Assembly (NCBI GenBank): GCA_964599625.1
Contig: CAZRGC010000004.1
Span: 11,705 to 75,704, forward strand
Origin: an uncultured Gammaproteobacteria bacterium
GTDB taxonomy: Bacteria; Patescibacteriota; Microgenomatia; UBA8517
Length of the DNA stretch: 64,000 nucleotides
Reading direction: 5' to 3'
Within the stretch, counting starts at the first letter, position 1; every line of letters starts with the position of its first letter. The position numbers were made by a program, and so were the translations under genes. A model generated the notes under the pieces. It was given only the letters and a program-made list of their open reading frames with translations, ran no database searches and had not been told where the DNA came from. Positions 30,790 through 40,624 of this stretch are shown piece after piece.

Positions 30790-32253
30790 ATGATACAAGT
30801 GCAGGACATGACCTTTTCTTATGGCGACAAGCCGCTATACGAAAAAGTAAATTTCGTTATTGGCAAAGGCCAAAAAGTTGGAATTGTCGGACCAAACGGA
30901 AGCGGCAAATCAACACTGTTGTCTCTGATCCGTGGTGAGGAAGAAGGTTTTACGGGTCGCATAAAGACACAGGGTAAAATTGCCCTGGTTCCTCAGGAGA
31001 TTAAACATGACCCGGATATGGAAAAATCAAAAACAGTTAGGGAATATGTGGATTTCCAGAGTTTGTATGACGACCACGAGATTAAAAAAATGCTTATCGG
31101 TTTAGAGCTTACCCTCGATTTGGATAAAAATCCAAAAGTACTCAGCGGTGGGCAAAAAACAAAGTTGGCGCTGGCCCGCGCTCTTCTTCAGAAACCCGAA
31201 ATTCTACTTTTAGACGAACCGACTAATTTTATGGATGTGGAAGGCAAGGCCTGGGTAATGGATTTTTTATCAACTTACTCGGGGACGGTACTTTTAATTT
31301 CTCACGATTTGGAGCTTATGGACAGGCACCTCGATAAAATTTTGGCTGTCTCCTCGTATAACTCGGAGATAAAAGAATACACGGGCAATTACTCCAATTA
31401 CCTTAAGCTCAAGAAAGACTACGAAGAAAAACAGAGAAGGGATAGGCGAATTGCTGAGCGCCACATAGCAAGGCTTGAAGATCATTATAAAAAAATGTCT
31501 AAGTTCGATTCCAAAAAATCAATTCTACGGAGAAAAATTGAAAGGGAAAAAAATACACTTCCAGAAGTTCCAGCTGAAATCAAAAAAATCAAAATTAGTT
31601 TACCCGAACCAAAGAGAGCAGGGGAAGTAATTATAAAAGCAACCGACATATCAAAAAGTTACAAAGACAAAAACGTTTTGGTGGATCTAAATTTTACGAT
31701 TTTAAGAAATGAAAGAATCACACTTGTTGGGCCTAACGGGGCAGGAAAAAGCACGCTGATTAAAGTACTTACAGGGATGGTTGCGCCAGATGCTGGTCAG
31801 GTTTTCCGTGACCAAAATTTATTGGTGGGTTATTACTCCCAGGAGTTTGAAAATTTTGATTTTACAAAAACTGTAATGCAAATTTTTTGTGAAAAAACAG
31901 GGCGCCCTGAGAACTTTGCCAGAAGTTTTTTGGGTAGATTTATGCTTTCGGGAAACAAAGTCTTTCAAAAGGTGGAAAGCCTTTCGGGAGGAGAAAAGAC
32001 AAGACTTTCGATTGCAATTCTTACTGCAGGGGAAAATAACTTGTTAATTTTGGACGAGCCGACTACGTATTTGGATGTTCTGAGTCAAAGAATAATTTTG
32101 GAAACTTTAAAGCAGTACCAGGGGACAATGATTTTGGTTTCTCATACACCTGAATTTGTAAAAGAACTAAAGCCAACCAAGGCATTTGTCTTTCCCGAGC
32201 AAAAGATGAAGTTTTGGGACGATGCGATCTTGAATAAGGTAGATGAGATTTAG
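30790..32253 (+). CDS. ABC-F family ATPase
   Basis: Two ABC domains (GPNGSGKST, GPNGAGKST, LSGG, LDEPT), no TMs. Confidence 0.93.
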   Translation: MIQVQDMTFSYGDKPLYEKVNFVIGKGQKVGIVGPNGSGKSTLLSLIRGEEEGFTGRIKTQGKIALVPQEIKHDPDMEKSKTVREYVDFQSLYDDHEIKKMLIGLELTLDLDKNPKVLSGGQKTKLALARALLQKPEILLLDEPTNFMDVEGKAWVMDFLSTYSGTVLLISHDLELMDRHLDKILAVSSYNSEIKEYTGNYSNYLKLKKDYEEKQRRDRRIAERHIARLEDHYKKMSKFDSKKSILRRKIEREKNTLPEVPAEIKKIKISLPEPKRAGEVIIKATDISKSYKDKNVLVDLNFTILRNERITLVGPNGAGKSTLIKVLTGMVAPDAGQVFRDQNLLVGYYSQEFENFDFTKTVMQIFCEKTGRPENFARSFLGRFMLSGNKVFQKVESLSGGEKTRLSIAILTAGENNLLILDEPTTYLDVLSQRIILETLKQYQGTMILVSHTPEFVKELKPTKAFVFPEQKMKFWDDAILNKVDEI

Positions 32254-32278
32254 TCTGGAAATGCTAAAATAGCCCCAT

Positions 32279-33382
32279 ATGTCACTTTCTGTAGGAATTG
32301 TTGGTCTGCCTAATGTGGGGAAGTCCACGCTTTTTAATGCACTTCTCAAAAAGCAGCAGGCTTATGTTGCCAATTTTCCTTTTGCCACGATTGAACCAAA
32401 CATTGGAATCGTTCCGGTTCCCGACGAAAGACTTGGTAAACTTGCAGAAACTACAAAAAAGTCGGAAGGAATGAGTTCGCTTCCGCCAGAAGTTCCCGCA
32501 ACCGTTGAGTTTGTGGACATTGCAGGACTCATTGCGGGTGCAAGCAAAGGTGAGGGATTGGGGAATAAATTCTTGAGCCATATAAGAGAAACCTCCGCAA
32601 TTTGTCATGTACTTCGGGCTTTTTCCGATGCAGACATTGTTAAGCAGGGAATTACCGACCCCAAAACAGATTTGGAAACAATAGAAACAGAACTGGCCTT
32701 GGCCGACTTTCAGACATTGGAAAATCAAAAAGACCCGGGGCATACGTTGGACAAGGAACAACTAAAGCGCTGGGAAATAATCCAAAAACTCAAGAACGAA
32801 GTACAAAAAGGAGTTCCTGCAAGGGAAGTGGAGTTTACAGAAGAAGAGCAAAAAATTGTAAAGCAGTTGAGTCTTTTGACCAGCAAACCCATTATGGTTG
32901 TTTTGAACGTAGACGAAAATTCACTTAAAGATGCGTCAAGAATTGAAATTGAATACGCAGAAAAGTTGAAGCTCAACCCCGATCAGATTGTTGTTATCTG
33001 CGCTAAGACAGAGTCAGAACTTTCGGACCTTTCCCTCGAGGACCAAAAAATATACATGGAAGACCTGGGAATTAAAAAGTCGGGCTTGGAGCGCCTTATC
33101 CAAAAAGCATTTAAAACTTTGGGACTTATTACTTTTCTCACGGCTGGGGAGAAGGAAGTACGGGCTTGGACGATTAAAAACGGATTTACGGCTCCCGAGG
33201 CCGCCGGGACAATTCACACCGATTTCATCAAAAAGTTCATTAAGGCTGATGTTTGCGATTTTGAAAGCTTTGTCGGTCTTGATGGCTGGAAATTGGCGCG
33301 CGAAGGAGGAAAAGTAAGGAGTGAGGGTAAGGATTACATAATGAAAGACGGAGATGTAACGGAGTTCAAGATTGGGGCTTAG
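32279..33382 (+). CDS. ychF: Ribosome-binding ATPase YchF
   Basis: GIVGLPNVGKSTLFNAL, DIAGL, GEGLGNKFL, EVRAWTI, EGKDY. Confidence 0.97.
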   Translation: MSLSVGIVGLPNVGKSTLFNALLKKQQAYVANFPFATIEPNIGIVPVPDERLGKLAETTKKSEGMSSLPPEVPATVEFVDIAGLIAGASKGEGLGNKFLSHIRETSAICHVLRAFSDADIVKQGITDPKTDLETIETELALADFQTLENQKDPGHTLDKEQLKRWEIIQKLKNEVQKGVPAREVEFTEEEQKIVKQLSLLTSKPIMVVLNVDENSLKDASRIEIEYAEKLKLNPDQIVVICAKTESELSDLSLEDQKIYMEDLGIKKSGLERLIQKAFKTLGLITFLTAGEKEVRAWTIKNGFTAPEAAGTIHTDFIKKFIKADVCDFESFVGLDGWKLAREGGKVRSEGKDYIMKDGDVTEFKIGA

Positions 33383-34047
33383 TCGTGTTTACCTTCAAAA
33401 ACACCCAACTCTTCCAGATGGTTTAAAGCAGAAACAATTACTCTTTTGTCAGGGTTGTCCAAACGGCTTCCGTCTGGTCTTTTGTAGTTGTCTATAAATT
33501 TCAATGCTTTTTCTTTATCCCAACCAAAATGACTTGCGTTTGGGACATCTACATAATACTCACCACCATCGGATCCCACCATATAGTTTACAGGGGCAGC
33601 GTCAAACCAAGTGTTCATACCTGCCTTTTCCATTGTTTGTTCGATATTTTCAAAAGGATATTTGATCCTGGTATCCTTTTCGTTGACCATTTGCCTTTCG
33701 GTTGCTCCGTGGAAAGCGCTTGGGGGACTAGAGTAGTAAGTAGACTTGAACCTTGGAAAATTGTGAGGGAACAGTGTTGCAAGAATTCTTTGCGTATGAA
33801 AAATAACTTTGGCACGGCTTTCGGGAATATCTCTGTAATTGAATGCGGTTACAAATCTGTCCTGACCTTGGTGTTTAACAACTACAACTTCGTGGCCATT
33901 TCCGACAAAATCTAGCTCCGACTTTTTGTTGACCTCATGACCTATAACATACAGCTCCCCTATGGTCTTATGAACGTTTTTTGGTGTTCTTCTATAAAAT
34001 TCCCGTGCGAAAGTCTTCATTTTTGGTTCTCGGGGAGGCACTTCCAT
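33379..34047 (-). CDS. Hypothetical protein with protein-kinase-like motifs
   Basis: VGNGHEVVV Gly-loop; DAAPVNY...YYVD. Confidence 0.5.
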   Translation of the reverse strand: MEVPPREPKMKTFAREFYRRTPKNVHKTIGELYVIGHEVNKKSELDFVGNGHEVVVVKHQGQDRFVTAFNYRDIPESRAKVIFHTQRILATLFPHNFPRFKSTYYSSPPSAFHGATERQMVNEKDTRIKYPFENIEQTMEKAGMNTWFDAAPVNYMVGSDGGEYYVDVPNASHFGWDKEKALKFIDNYKRPDGSRLDNPDKRVIVSALNHLEELGVFEGKHD

Positions 34048-34141
34048 AAGCCATTATATACTCATATCTCTCGCCGTCGTAGGATCGACGTAGCCATATT
34101 TCTATTGCTTGGCAGGCTTACAGCGTGTTATACTAGCCACT

Positions 34142-34423
34142 ATGAATAAATACGAACTTACTTTGGTTCTGGACGGCAAAGCAGGAGCCGCCAAAAAGAA
34201 GAAAGTAACAGAAACTTTGGAAAAAAATCTGGAAGCACTCAAGGGCAAAGTTACAGAATCTAAAGATTGGGGAGTTAAGGATTTGGCCTACAAGATGGGC
34301 AAAAGCACGACTGGTCTTTACCTGTATTTTGAATTAGAATTAGACGGCAAGGGAGCAAAAGCCCTTAACGAAAAGCTTAGAGTTGATTCCGAGATTTTGA
34401 GGTTTTTGGTAGTCAAACAATAA
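34142..34423 (+). CDS. rpsF: 30S ribosomal protein S6
   Basis: MNKYEL...WGVKDLAY...ILRFLVV; rpsF-ssb-rpsR order. Confidence 0.95.
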   Translation: MNKYELTLVLDGKAGAAKKKKVTETLEKNLEALKGKVTESKDWGVKDLAYKMGKSTTGLYLYFELELDGKGAKALNEKLRVDSEILRFLVVKQ

Positions 34424-34906
34424 ATGGCACGAAGTCTTAATAAGGTAATGTTGATCGGGAATCTTACAAGAGACCCGGAGATGCGCTACACACCCCAGGG
34501 AACTGCGGTTTGTAGTTTTGGTCTTGCAACCAACAGACAATGGACTACCGAAAGTGGTGAAAAGAAAGACGAAGCAGAGTTTCATAACTTAGTTGCCTGG
34601 AATAAGTTGGCAGAGATCTGTTCACAACTTTTGAAAAAGGGAAGAAAAGTTTATGTTGAAGGGCGTCTGGCAACTCGCAGTTGGCAGGGCCAAGACGGAA
34701 GTCAAAAGCAAAGAACCGAAGTTGTGATTAGTGATATGGTGATTCTCGACAAAAAAGGAGATGAGCCGGGCGAGGTTGATTTGGGTGAGCCGATGGTAGA
34801 AAGCCAAGTAGCACCCGAAGAGGCATCACAAGCACCAGCAAAATCAGGAAAGAAAAAAGCAGAAGAAACTGTAGAAGAAGTTTCAGAAGAAGACATACCT
34901 TTTTAA
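34424..34906 (+). CDS. ssb: Single-stranded DNA-binding protein
   Basis: NKVMLIGNLTRDPE...VEGRL; C-terminal DIPF. Confidence 0.97.
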   Translation: MARSLNKVMLIGNLTRDPEMRYTPQGTAVCSFGLATNRQWTTESGEKKDEAEFHNLVAWNKLAEICSQLLKKGRKVYVEGRLATRSWQGQDGSQKQRTEVVISDMVILDKKGDEPGEVDLGEPMVESQVAPEEASQAPAKSGKKKAEETVEEVSEEDIPF

Positions 34907-34918
34907 TAATTTACTAAA

Positions 34919-35170
34919 GTGGCAAAGAAAGACAAAAAAAGAAAAGCAAGATTAGTACTAAAGCCGGTTCCGGTGAATTGTCCTTTTGACAAAACAGGCC
35001 AGGATCCTGATTACAAGGATATTGAAACTTTGTCCAAATATATCAGTGACAGAGCAAAAGTTGTAAGCAAGGACAGAACAGGCGTTTGCTCCAAACATCA
35101 AAGAAAGATTGCGGTTGCAATCAAACGAGCAAGACACTTGGGCCTCCTTCCATTTACTCCTCAGATTTAA
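34919..35170 (+). CDS. rpsR: 30S ribosomal protein S18
   Basis: DYKD...RTG...HQR...AIKRARHLGLLPF. Confidence 0.95.
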   Translation: MAKKDKKRKARLVLKPVPVNCPFDKTGQDPDYKDIETLSKYISDRAKVVSKDRTGVCSKHQRKIAVAIKRARHLGLLPFTPQI

Positions 35171-35215
35171 TTTTGATTATTGAGCAGTAGGTGTAAAACC
35201 GATACTATCATTTGT

Positions 35216-36451
35216 ATGTCTTTTAAGGCCAACTTCTCCAAAGTAAGAAATATTCTTCTTTCCGTTTTTGTTTTGGTTTTTGTTTTTTCTGGGGGTTATA
35301 CACTCGGCCACAGCGGATTCAAAGTGCAGGTCGACCAGGCTTACAAAGTAAAAATTGACAGGGATGTTCCCCCCGAAAAAGACGTTGACTTTAAGCTTTT
35401 TTGGCAGGTTTGGGACACATTAAGCGAACAATATTTTGATAAATCCAAACTTATTCCGGGTGAGATGGTGTATGGTGCCATCGAGGGTATGGTTTCTGCA
35501 CTTGGGGACCCATACACAATGTTTCTTCCTCCCAAAGAAAACAAAATTGTAGACGAGGATCTTAGCGGAAAATTCCAGGGTGTGGGAATGCAACTTGGTT
35601 TCAGAAACGACAAGTTGGCAGTTATGGCCCCCTTGGAAGGGTCGCCTGCAGAAGCGGCAGGGGTAAAGGCGGGGGATTATATTGTTCACATTACAGACAA
35701 GGATAAAGGTGTAGACATGAATACAAATGGGATTGCGCTTCCTTTGGCAGTGCAAACAATAAGAGGTGATGCAGGAACAAAAGTAACAATCACGTTCATT
35801 AGAGATGGAGTGAATAAACCAATTGTCTTGGAACTAACACGCGCACAACTCAATTTTCCGTCGGTATCGCTTACCTATGTCGGAAAAGACAAAAACATCG
35901 CAAGAATAAGAGTTGCCAAATTTGATGCGGACACGCCGCAGGAGTGGGACAAATCCGTGAATGAAATAATCACAAAGGGTGACGTCAAAGGTGTAATCTT
36001 GGATCTTAGAAACAACCCGGGCGGTTATTTGCAGGCTGCTGTGGACATTGCAGGGGATTTCATGCCCACAGGGTCACTTGTGGTCAAAGAGGCCAAAGGT
36101 GACGGAACCGAGCATGACTACAAAACCGATACATTGCCTAGGCTTGAAAAATACAAAACAGTGGTTTTGATAAACGGCGGAAGCGCTTCTGCATCAGAAA
36201 TTCTTTCGGGTGCACTTCGAGACCAAAAAGGAATCAAGCTTTATGGAGAAAAGAGTTTTGGTAAAGGCACAGTACAGGTTCCTTTAGATATTCCGGGTGG
36301 GAGCGGCCTCCATGTTACTGTTGCCAGATGGCTCACACCTGCCGGGACTTGGGTTCACGGAAAAGGTCTTGAGCCAGACACTGTTATCGAAATCAAAGAA
36401 GATGACACAGAAGATGTTCAACTCCAGGGAGCTGTTGATAGTTTCAAATAA
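35216..36451 (+). CDS. S41 carboxyl-terminal protease (CtpA-like)
   Basis: DPYT, PDZ domain, LDLRNNPGG, SASASEI, FGKGTVQ. Confidence 0.95.
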   Translation: MSFKANFSKVRNILLSVFVLVFVFSGGYTLGHSGFKVQVDQAYKVKIDRDVPPEKDVDFKLFWQVWDTLSEQYFDKSKLIPGEMVYGAIEGMVSALGDPYTMFLPPKENKIVDEDLSGKFQGVGMQLGFRNDKLAVMAPLEGSPAEAAGVKAGDYIVHITDKDKGVDMNTNGIALPLAVQTIRGDAGTKVTITFIRDGVNKPIVLELTRAQLNFPSVSLTYVGKDKNIARIRVAKFDADTPQEWDKSVNEIITKGDVKGVILDLRNNPGGYLQAAVDIAGDFMPTGSLVVKEAKGDGTEHDYKTDTLPRLEKYKTVVLINGGSASASEILSGALRDQKGIKLYGEKSFGKGTVQVPLDIPGGSGLHVTVARWLTPAGTWVHGKGLEPDTVIEIKEDDTEDVQLQGAVDSFK

Positions 36452-36487
36452 TTTGAGTTTTTGACTTCAAAGGTTTACCATTCCTCT

Positions 36488-36700
36488 ATGAATAAAGAAA
36501 TTATCGAGCGTATCAAAGAGGGGATTAGGTTTGCTACCCAAAAACCAAGTGTGGCTGATTCAGTTTTAGATCCTATTCAGGAAAAGATCTTTGAAGTTGT
36601 GGACACAAAAGTCAAACCTATGTTAACTCGGCCTGGAGACAAATCTGGCAGAAGGTTTTTGTATGTTGACCCCAGAATCGATATTAAAGAAGTAGAGTAA
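36488..36700 (+). CDS. Small hypothetical protein
   Basis: 70-aa ORF filling the gap between ctpA-like gene and prfA. Confidence 0.5.
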   Translation: MNKEIIERIKEGIRFATQKPSVADSVLDPIQEKIFEVVDTKVKPMLTRPGDKSGRRFLYVDPRIDIKEVE

Positions 36701-37396
36701 TTATTGGATGGTTTTGGTGAGCTCAGTTACTTTGTCCAAGTCTCCGTCTACAATTAGTTCTAATTTTCCCCATGATTTGCCCAATCTATGATCTGTAACC
36801 CTGTCTTGGGGGTAGTTGTATGTTCTAATCTTCTCGCTTCTCATCCCGCGTCCTATGGCGGATCTGTAGCCTGCAATTGTCCTCAACTTTTCTTCTTCCT
36901 CCCGTTCCCAGAGCTTAGATCTCAAAAGTGATAGTGCAATTTGTCTGTTTTGCTCCTGAAATCGCTCTTCGCGTGCAGTTACAACGATTCCGGTGGGTTT
37001 GTGGGTAAGCCTAACTGCTGTTGCGACCTTGTTTACATTCTGACCCCCATGCCCGCCACCAGTTGTGAATTGCCACTCAAGATCTTGCTGGTTGATGCTT
37101 ACTTCTGCCTCTTTTACTTCCGGGAGAACAACTACTGTGGCTGTGGAGGTGTGGATTCTTCCTCTTTTTTCGGTGTCGGGGACTCTTTGCACTCTGTGGA
37201 CTCCTGATTCGTTTTTGAGGACACCAAAGACACCCACGCCTGATATCCTGACGGTCTTTTCATCAAGTTGGATAAGTTTCCAGTTCTTTTTGAGCGCGTA
37301 GCGCATATACATTCTAAGAAGATCAGCCCCCCAAAGCTTGGCTTCGTCGCCACCTGTGGCTCCGCGGATTTCCAAATATACGGTAGAATTTTCCAT
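36701..37396 (-). CDS. prfA: Peptide chain release factor 1, lacking N-terminal domain 1
   Basis: [26 protein letters not shown] (PxT), [16 protein letters not shown]; downstream of rpmE. Confidence 0.9.
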   Translation of the reverse strand: MENSTVYLEIRGATGGDEAKLWGADLLRMYMRYALKKNWKLIQLDEKTVRISGVGVFGVLKNESGVHRVQRVPDTEKRGRIHTSTATVVVLPEVKEAEVSINQQDLEWQFTTGGGHGGQNVNKVATAVRLTHKPTGIVVTAREERFQEQNRQIALSLLRSKLWEREEEEKLRTIAGYRSAIGRGMRSEKIRTYNYPQDRVTDHRLGKSWGKLELIVDGDLDKVTELTKTIQ

Positions 37397-37411
37397 GGGG
37401 GGTGGCCGGTG

Positions 37412-37720
37412 TTAGTTTTGGTTTCTAAGTTCTGCCAAAGATTCCGGTCTTGCAGCCTCTTCCTGAAGTTTTTTCTCTCTTTTTGCTTTCATTCTGTCGG
37501 CTTTGCTCATCACTTTCTTGGCACCCGCCAGTTTGGCACGGAAAGCGTCAACTCTACCTGCTGTATCTACAAACTTCATTTGCCCTGTGTAGAAAGGATG
37601 GCAGCTGTAGCAGATATCTACGCTGATTTGGGGAACTGCAGCACCCACGCTAAATGTGTTCCCGCATGCGCAGGTTACCTTTGCGTCGTTGTGCCAAGTT
37701 GGGTGGATTTTTGCTTTCAT
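37412..37720 (-). CDS. rpmE: 50S ribosomal protein L31
   Basis: MKAKIHP...CACG...CYSCHPFYTG...GRVDAF. Confidence 0.96.
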   Translation of the reverse strand: MKAKIHPTWHNDAKVTCACGNTFSVGAAVPQISVDICYSCHPFYTGQMKFVDTAGRVDAFRAKLAGAKKVMSKADRMKAKREKKLQEEAARPESLAELRNQN

Positions 37721-37726
37721 GAAGGC

Positions 37727-38647
37727 TCAATTATATCGTTTTTTCCTAAACTCCGCAATAAACACTCCGGAGAAAGTGACCAGGCATGCACCAATCGTGA
37801 CAGGGGTGATCTTTTCTCCCAAAAGTGCAACTGCCAAAATTGCCGAAAATATGGGATAAAGATAGGAAAAAATAGCTGTTTCGGAAAGTTCGATGGTCCT
37901 TTGAGCCCTGTTTACCAATGTATAGGCAAGCGTGCCTGATAAAAACGCCATATAAAAGACGCCCACATGATCCAAAATATCAGCAGATGTGAGCATGCTC
38001 ACAACGACCTCGGGTCTATTAATTATTAGAACCACAGGTGTGAGAGTGATAAAACCTATCAAGAATGAGTAATTAGCCAAAAATAGTGGCGATACATGTT
38101 CGCGCATCAGTTTTTTCGACAAAAGTCCTGCGGTTGCGCCACATATCAAAGAAAGAAAAACCAGGACATTTCCAAATAATTGATGAAAGAAAGTTGAACC
38201 GCCACCTTGAGAAAAAAGAGGCTCAAGTGCTATTGCTGTGGCGCCAAGGAATGTAATCAATGATCCAATTTTCATGCGTTTTGTAAGATGTTCTTTGAGA
38301 AAGAAAAAGCCAAATATCATCATAAGAATGGGGCCAAACAGAGATATCAAACTCATATCTAAAAGGGAGGTCTCGTTGGTGCCCCAAAACAAGAATCCCA
38401 GTGCAGCTGTTGAGTTCAAAAAGGCATAAAGTGTTGTGGTCAAAAATATTTTTAAGTTTTTGGGGCGGCCTGCCTTGAATTTAAGAAGCAAAAAAATACC
38501 AAGAACGGAGGAAAGAAAAAATCTGTAAAGCAGAAATACTTCTGGGGTTAAATCTTTCAGAGTGAGCTTGATAACTGGGCCGGCTACACCCCAGATTACA
38601 GCTACAATTAACAGTTCAAAATATGCTCTCAGACGGGCAGGATTCAT
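37727..38647 (-). CDS. EamA/DMT family transporter
   Basis: IWG, FLKE, LLGE repeats; about 10 TMs. Confidence 0.9.
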   Translation of the reverse strand: MNPARLRAYFELLIVAVIWGVAGPVIKLTLKDLTPEVFLLYRFFLSSVLGIFLLLKFKAGRPKNLKIFLTTTLYAFLNSTAALGFLFWGTNETSLLDMSLISLFGPILMMIFGFFFLKEHLTKRMKIGSLITFLGATAIALEPLFSQGGGSTFFHQLFGNVLVFLSLICGATAGLLSKKLMREHVSPLFLANYSFLIGFITLTPVVLIINRPEVVVSMLTSADILDHVGVFYMAFLSGTLAYTLVNRAQRTIELSETAIFSYLYPIFSAILAVALLGEKITPVTIGACLVTFSGVFIAEFRKKRYN

Positions 38648-38658
38648 GTTTGTATTGT

Positions 38659-39861
38659 TTATTTAATTAAAGAAACCATGTTTTCAAAACTTGTGTTAAT
38701 TTGCTCACCAGTTGTAAGGTTTTTAAGAATCACTGAACTGTTGCCAATTTCATTGGGACCAATTATTACAACATATGGGATTTCCTTTTTGTTTGCGTAT
38801 TTGAGTTGTTTGTCTAACTTTGTGCTTTCGGGGTAAAGCTCAGTGTTAATATTTGCACTCCTTAAATTTTTGGCAACTTCCAAGCTTTTTTCTGCTACCT
38901 CTTCCGAAAATATAGTTACAAGGACTTTGGTGTTTTTTTCTGTGGGTATTAAGTTCAATTGATCTGCAGCCTCGACCGTTCTGTCAAAGCCGAATGCGAC
39001 ACCGGTTCCGGGAATATCAAAACCGGTTAAACGTTTCATCATTCCGTCATACCGCTCGCCACCACCAACAGAACCCACTGTGTAATCCTCAATTACGATT
39101 TCCCAGATTGGTCCTTGTGAATAAGAAAATGACCTGGCTAGGGTTGGTTCAAACCTGTAAAACTCACTGCCAAAGTCTGATTTTTCAAGGTATTGGGTTA
39201 TTTTATTAATGGTTTCGTCGGGTTTAATATTCAAAACTTGATCGAAATATTTTTCCGCAGCTGCTTTTTCTATGCCCTTGTTTATCATGTCGTTAAGCAC
39301 GCCTTCTTTCCCAATCTTTTTAAGCTTGTCGATGGCAACTATTGCTTCGTATGGGATATCTTTCATTAGATCACGGTTGTTGAATATAACTACGGGTTTT
39401 TTGAAGCCAATTGTTAAGTATGTATCCAAATTCTCTGCTATCACTTCAGCGTCTGCTGAGGGGGTTTTGACGCCAAAAATGTCGACATCAAATTGCGTAA
39501 ACTCCCGATATCTTCCTCGTTGAGTGTTTTCTGCCCTGAAAACTGATTGGCATTGAAATCTTTTAAACGGAAAAACTAGGCTATTTTGATTAGCTGCAAC
39601 ATATCTGCAGGTGGGGACAGTTTGGTCATACCTAAGCATAACTTCGCGGCCGCCATTGTCGGTAAATTTATAAAATAGTTTTTCATCTTCCCCGATTTCA
39701 CCCTTGAAAAGGGAATAGGGCTCAAGTGTGGGTGTTTCGATTTGCTCAAAACCCCATCTTTGTGCCACTTTGATCATCTTGTTTTTTACCCATAAACGTT
39801 TAGCCGTATCAGTTGGCAAAAAATCACGAAAACCTTTTAATGTCTGTAGTTTTTGGTTCAT
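38659..39861 (-). CDS. hisS: Histidine--tRNA ligase
   Basis: KGFRDFLP, LRYDQTVP, RAENTQRGRYREFTQ, GGGERYD, GFDR. Confidence 0.96.
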   Translation of the reverse strand: MNQKLQTLKGFRDFLPTDTAKRLWVKNKMIKVAQRWGFEQIETPTLEPYSLFKGEIGEDEKLFYKFTDNGGREVMLRYDQTVPTCRYVAANQNSLVFPFKRFQCQSVFRAENTQRGRYREFTQFDVDIFGVKTPSADAEVIAENLDTYLTIGFKKPVVIFNNRDLMKDIPYEAIVAIDKLKKIGKEGVLNDMINKGIEKAAAEKYFDQVLNIKPDETINKITQYLEKSDFGSEFYRFEPTLARSFSYSQGPIWEIVIEDYTVGSVGGGERYDGMMKRLTGFDIPGTGVAFGFDRTVEAADQLNLIPTEKNTKVLVTIFSEEVAEKSLEVAKNLRSANINTELYPESTKLDKQLKYANKKEIPYVVIIGPNEIGNSSVILKNLTTGEQINTSFENMVSLIK

Positions 39862-39888
39862 TTTTTTAATATTAACATTATTGGTAGT

Positions 39889-40542
39889 TTAAATGTTGCC
39901 GCCATTATATTTAACAAAAAGCAATCTTTTGTTGTTCTCGGGGTCCGGGGGTAAACTTTCACCTCCTAGGACGAGTTCCATGCCCATGTTTCTGGCAGTG
40001 AACGCCATTGTGCTTGTGCGTGATGTTCTCAAAAGAAGCGGCAATCCAAGATCTATTCCTTTTTGGGCAATCATCCTTGTTATTTGGCCTCCGATGCCTT
40101 TTCCTTGTAACTCTATCTGGACCCCGACCTCCGATACGTAAAAATAATTTATATTTGGACGTATTACACTCACTATAAACTCACGGTTTTCTTCATTATA
40201 TTTTTTAAATGCAAAATCTTCACCGGAAAGTATGTAGCCCCAACCAAAACCTAATATTTTTTCATTCTCCTTGAAAATATAGCCGGTAGAACCTTCACCC
40301 GAAATTTCTTTAAGAATATATTCTGACGTCTGATTGATTGGGTAGGCTTCTTCCAGAACCACACCATTGCATTCCTCACACGGACCATTTGTTCCGGGAG
40401 GGAAGTTGTCGCCATAAAATTTGTCTTTAATGGGACATCTGCTTACCTCGTTCCATTCCGGACCAGCAAACACAGCCGCATACGTTCCTGCGGTTTTACG
40501 TATATCCTCGTTGTTTAATTTGTTTAGTATTTCTATGCTCAT
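39889..40542 (-). CDS. GNAT acetyltransferase with Cys-containing insertion
   Basis: EVGVQIELQGKGIGG motif A; RCP...CEEC; SD GGAGG upstream. Confidence 0.8.
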   Translation of the reverse strand: MSIEILNKLNNEDIRKTAGTYAAVFAGPEWNEVSRCPIKDKFYGDNFPPGTNGPCEECNGVVLEEAYPINQTSEYILKEISGEGSTGYIFKENEKILGFGWGYILSGEDFAFKKYNEENREFIVSVIRPNINYFYVSEVGVQIELQGKGIGGQITRMIAQKGIDLGLPLLLRTSRTSTMAFTARNMGMELVLGGESLPPDPENNKRLLFVKYNGGNI

Positions 40543-40569
40543 TTTTGTTTACCTCCTTTGTTTTCCACC

Positions 40570-40624
40570 AAAAAACCCTCGTTCACACGTCGAAAGAAAA
40601 ATCTTTCAACAAGGAACGAGGGTC
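40570..40624 (-). terminator. T-box-controlled intrinsic terminator
   Basis: Minus strand ACCCTCGTTC...GAACGAGGGT followed by a U-tract; the 5' arm overlaps the antiterminator 3' strand. Confidence 0.85.
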
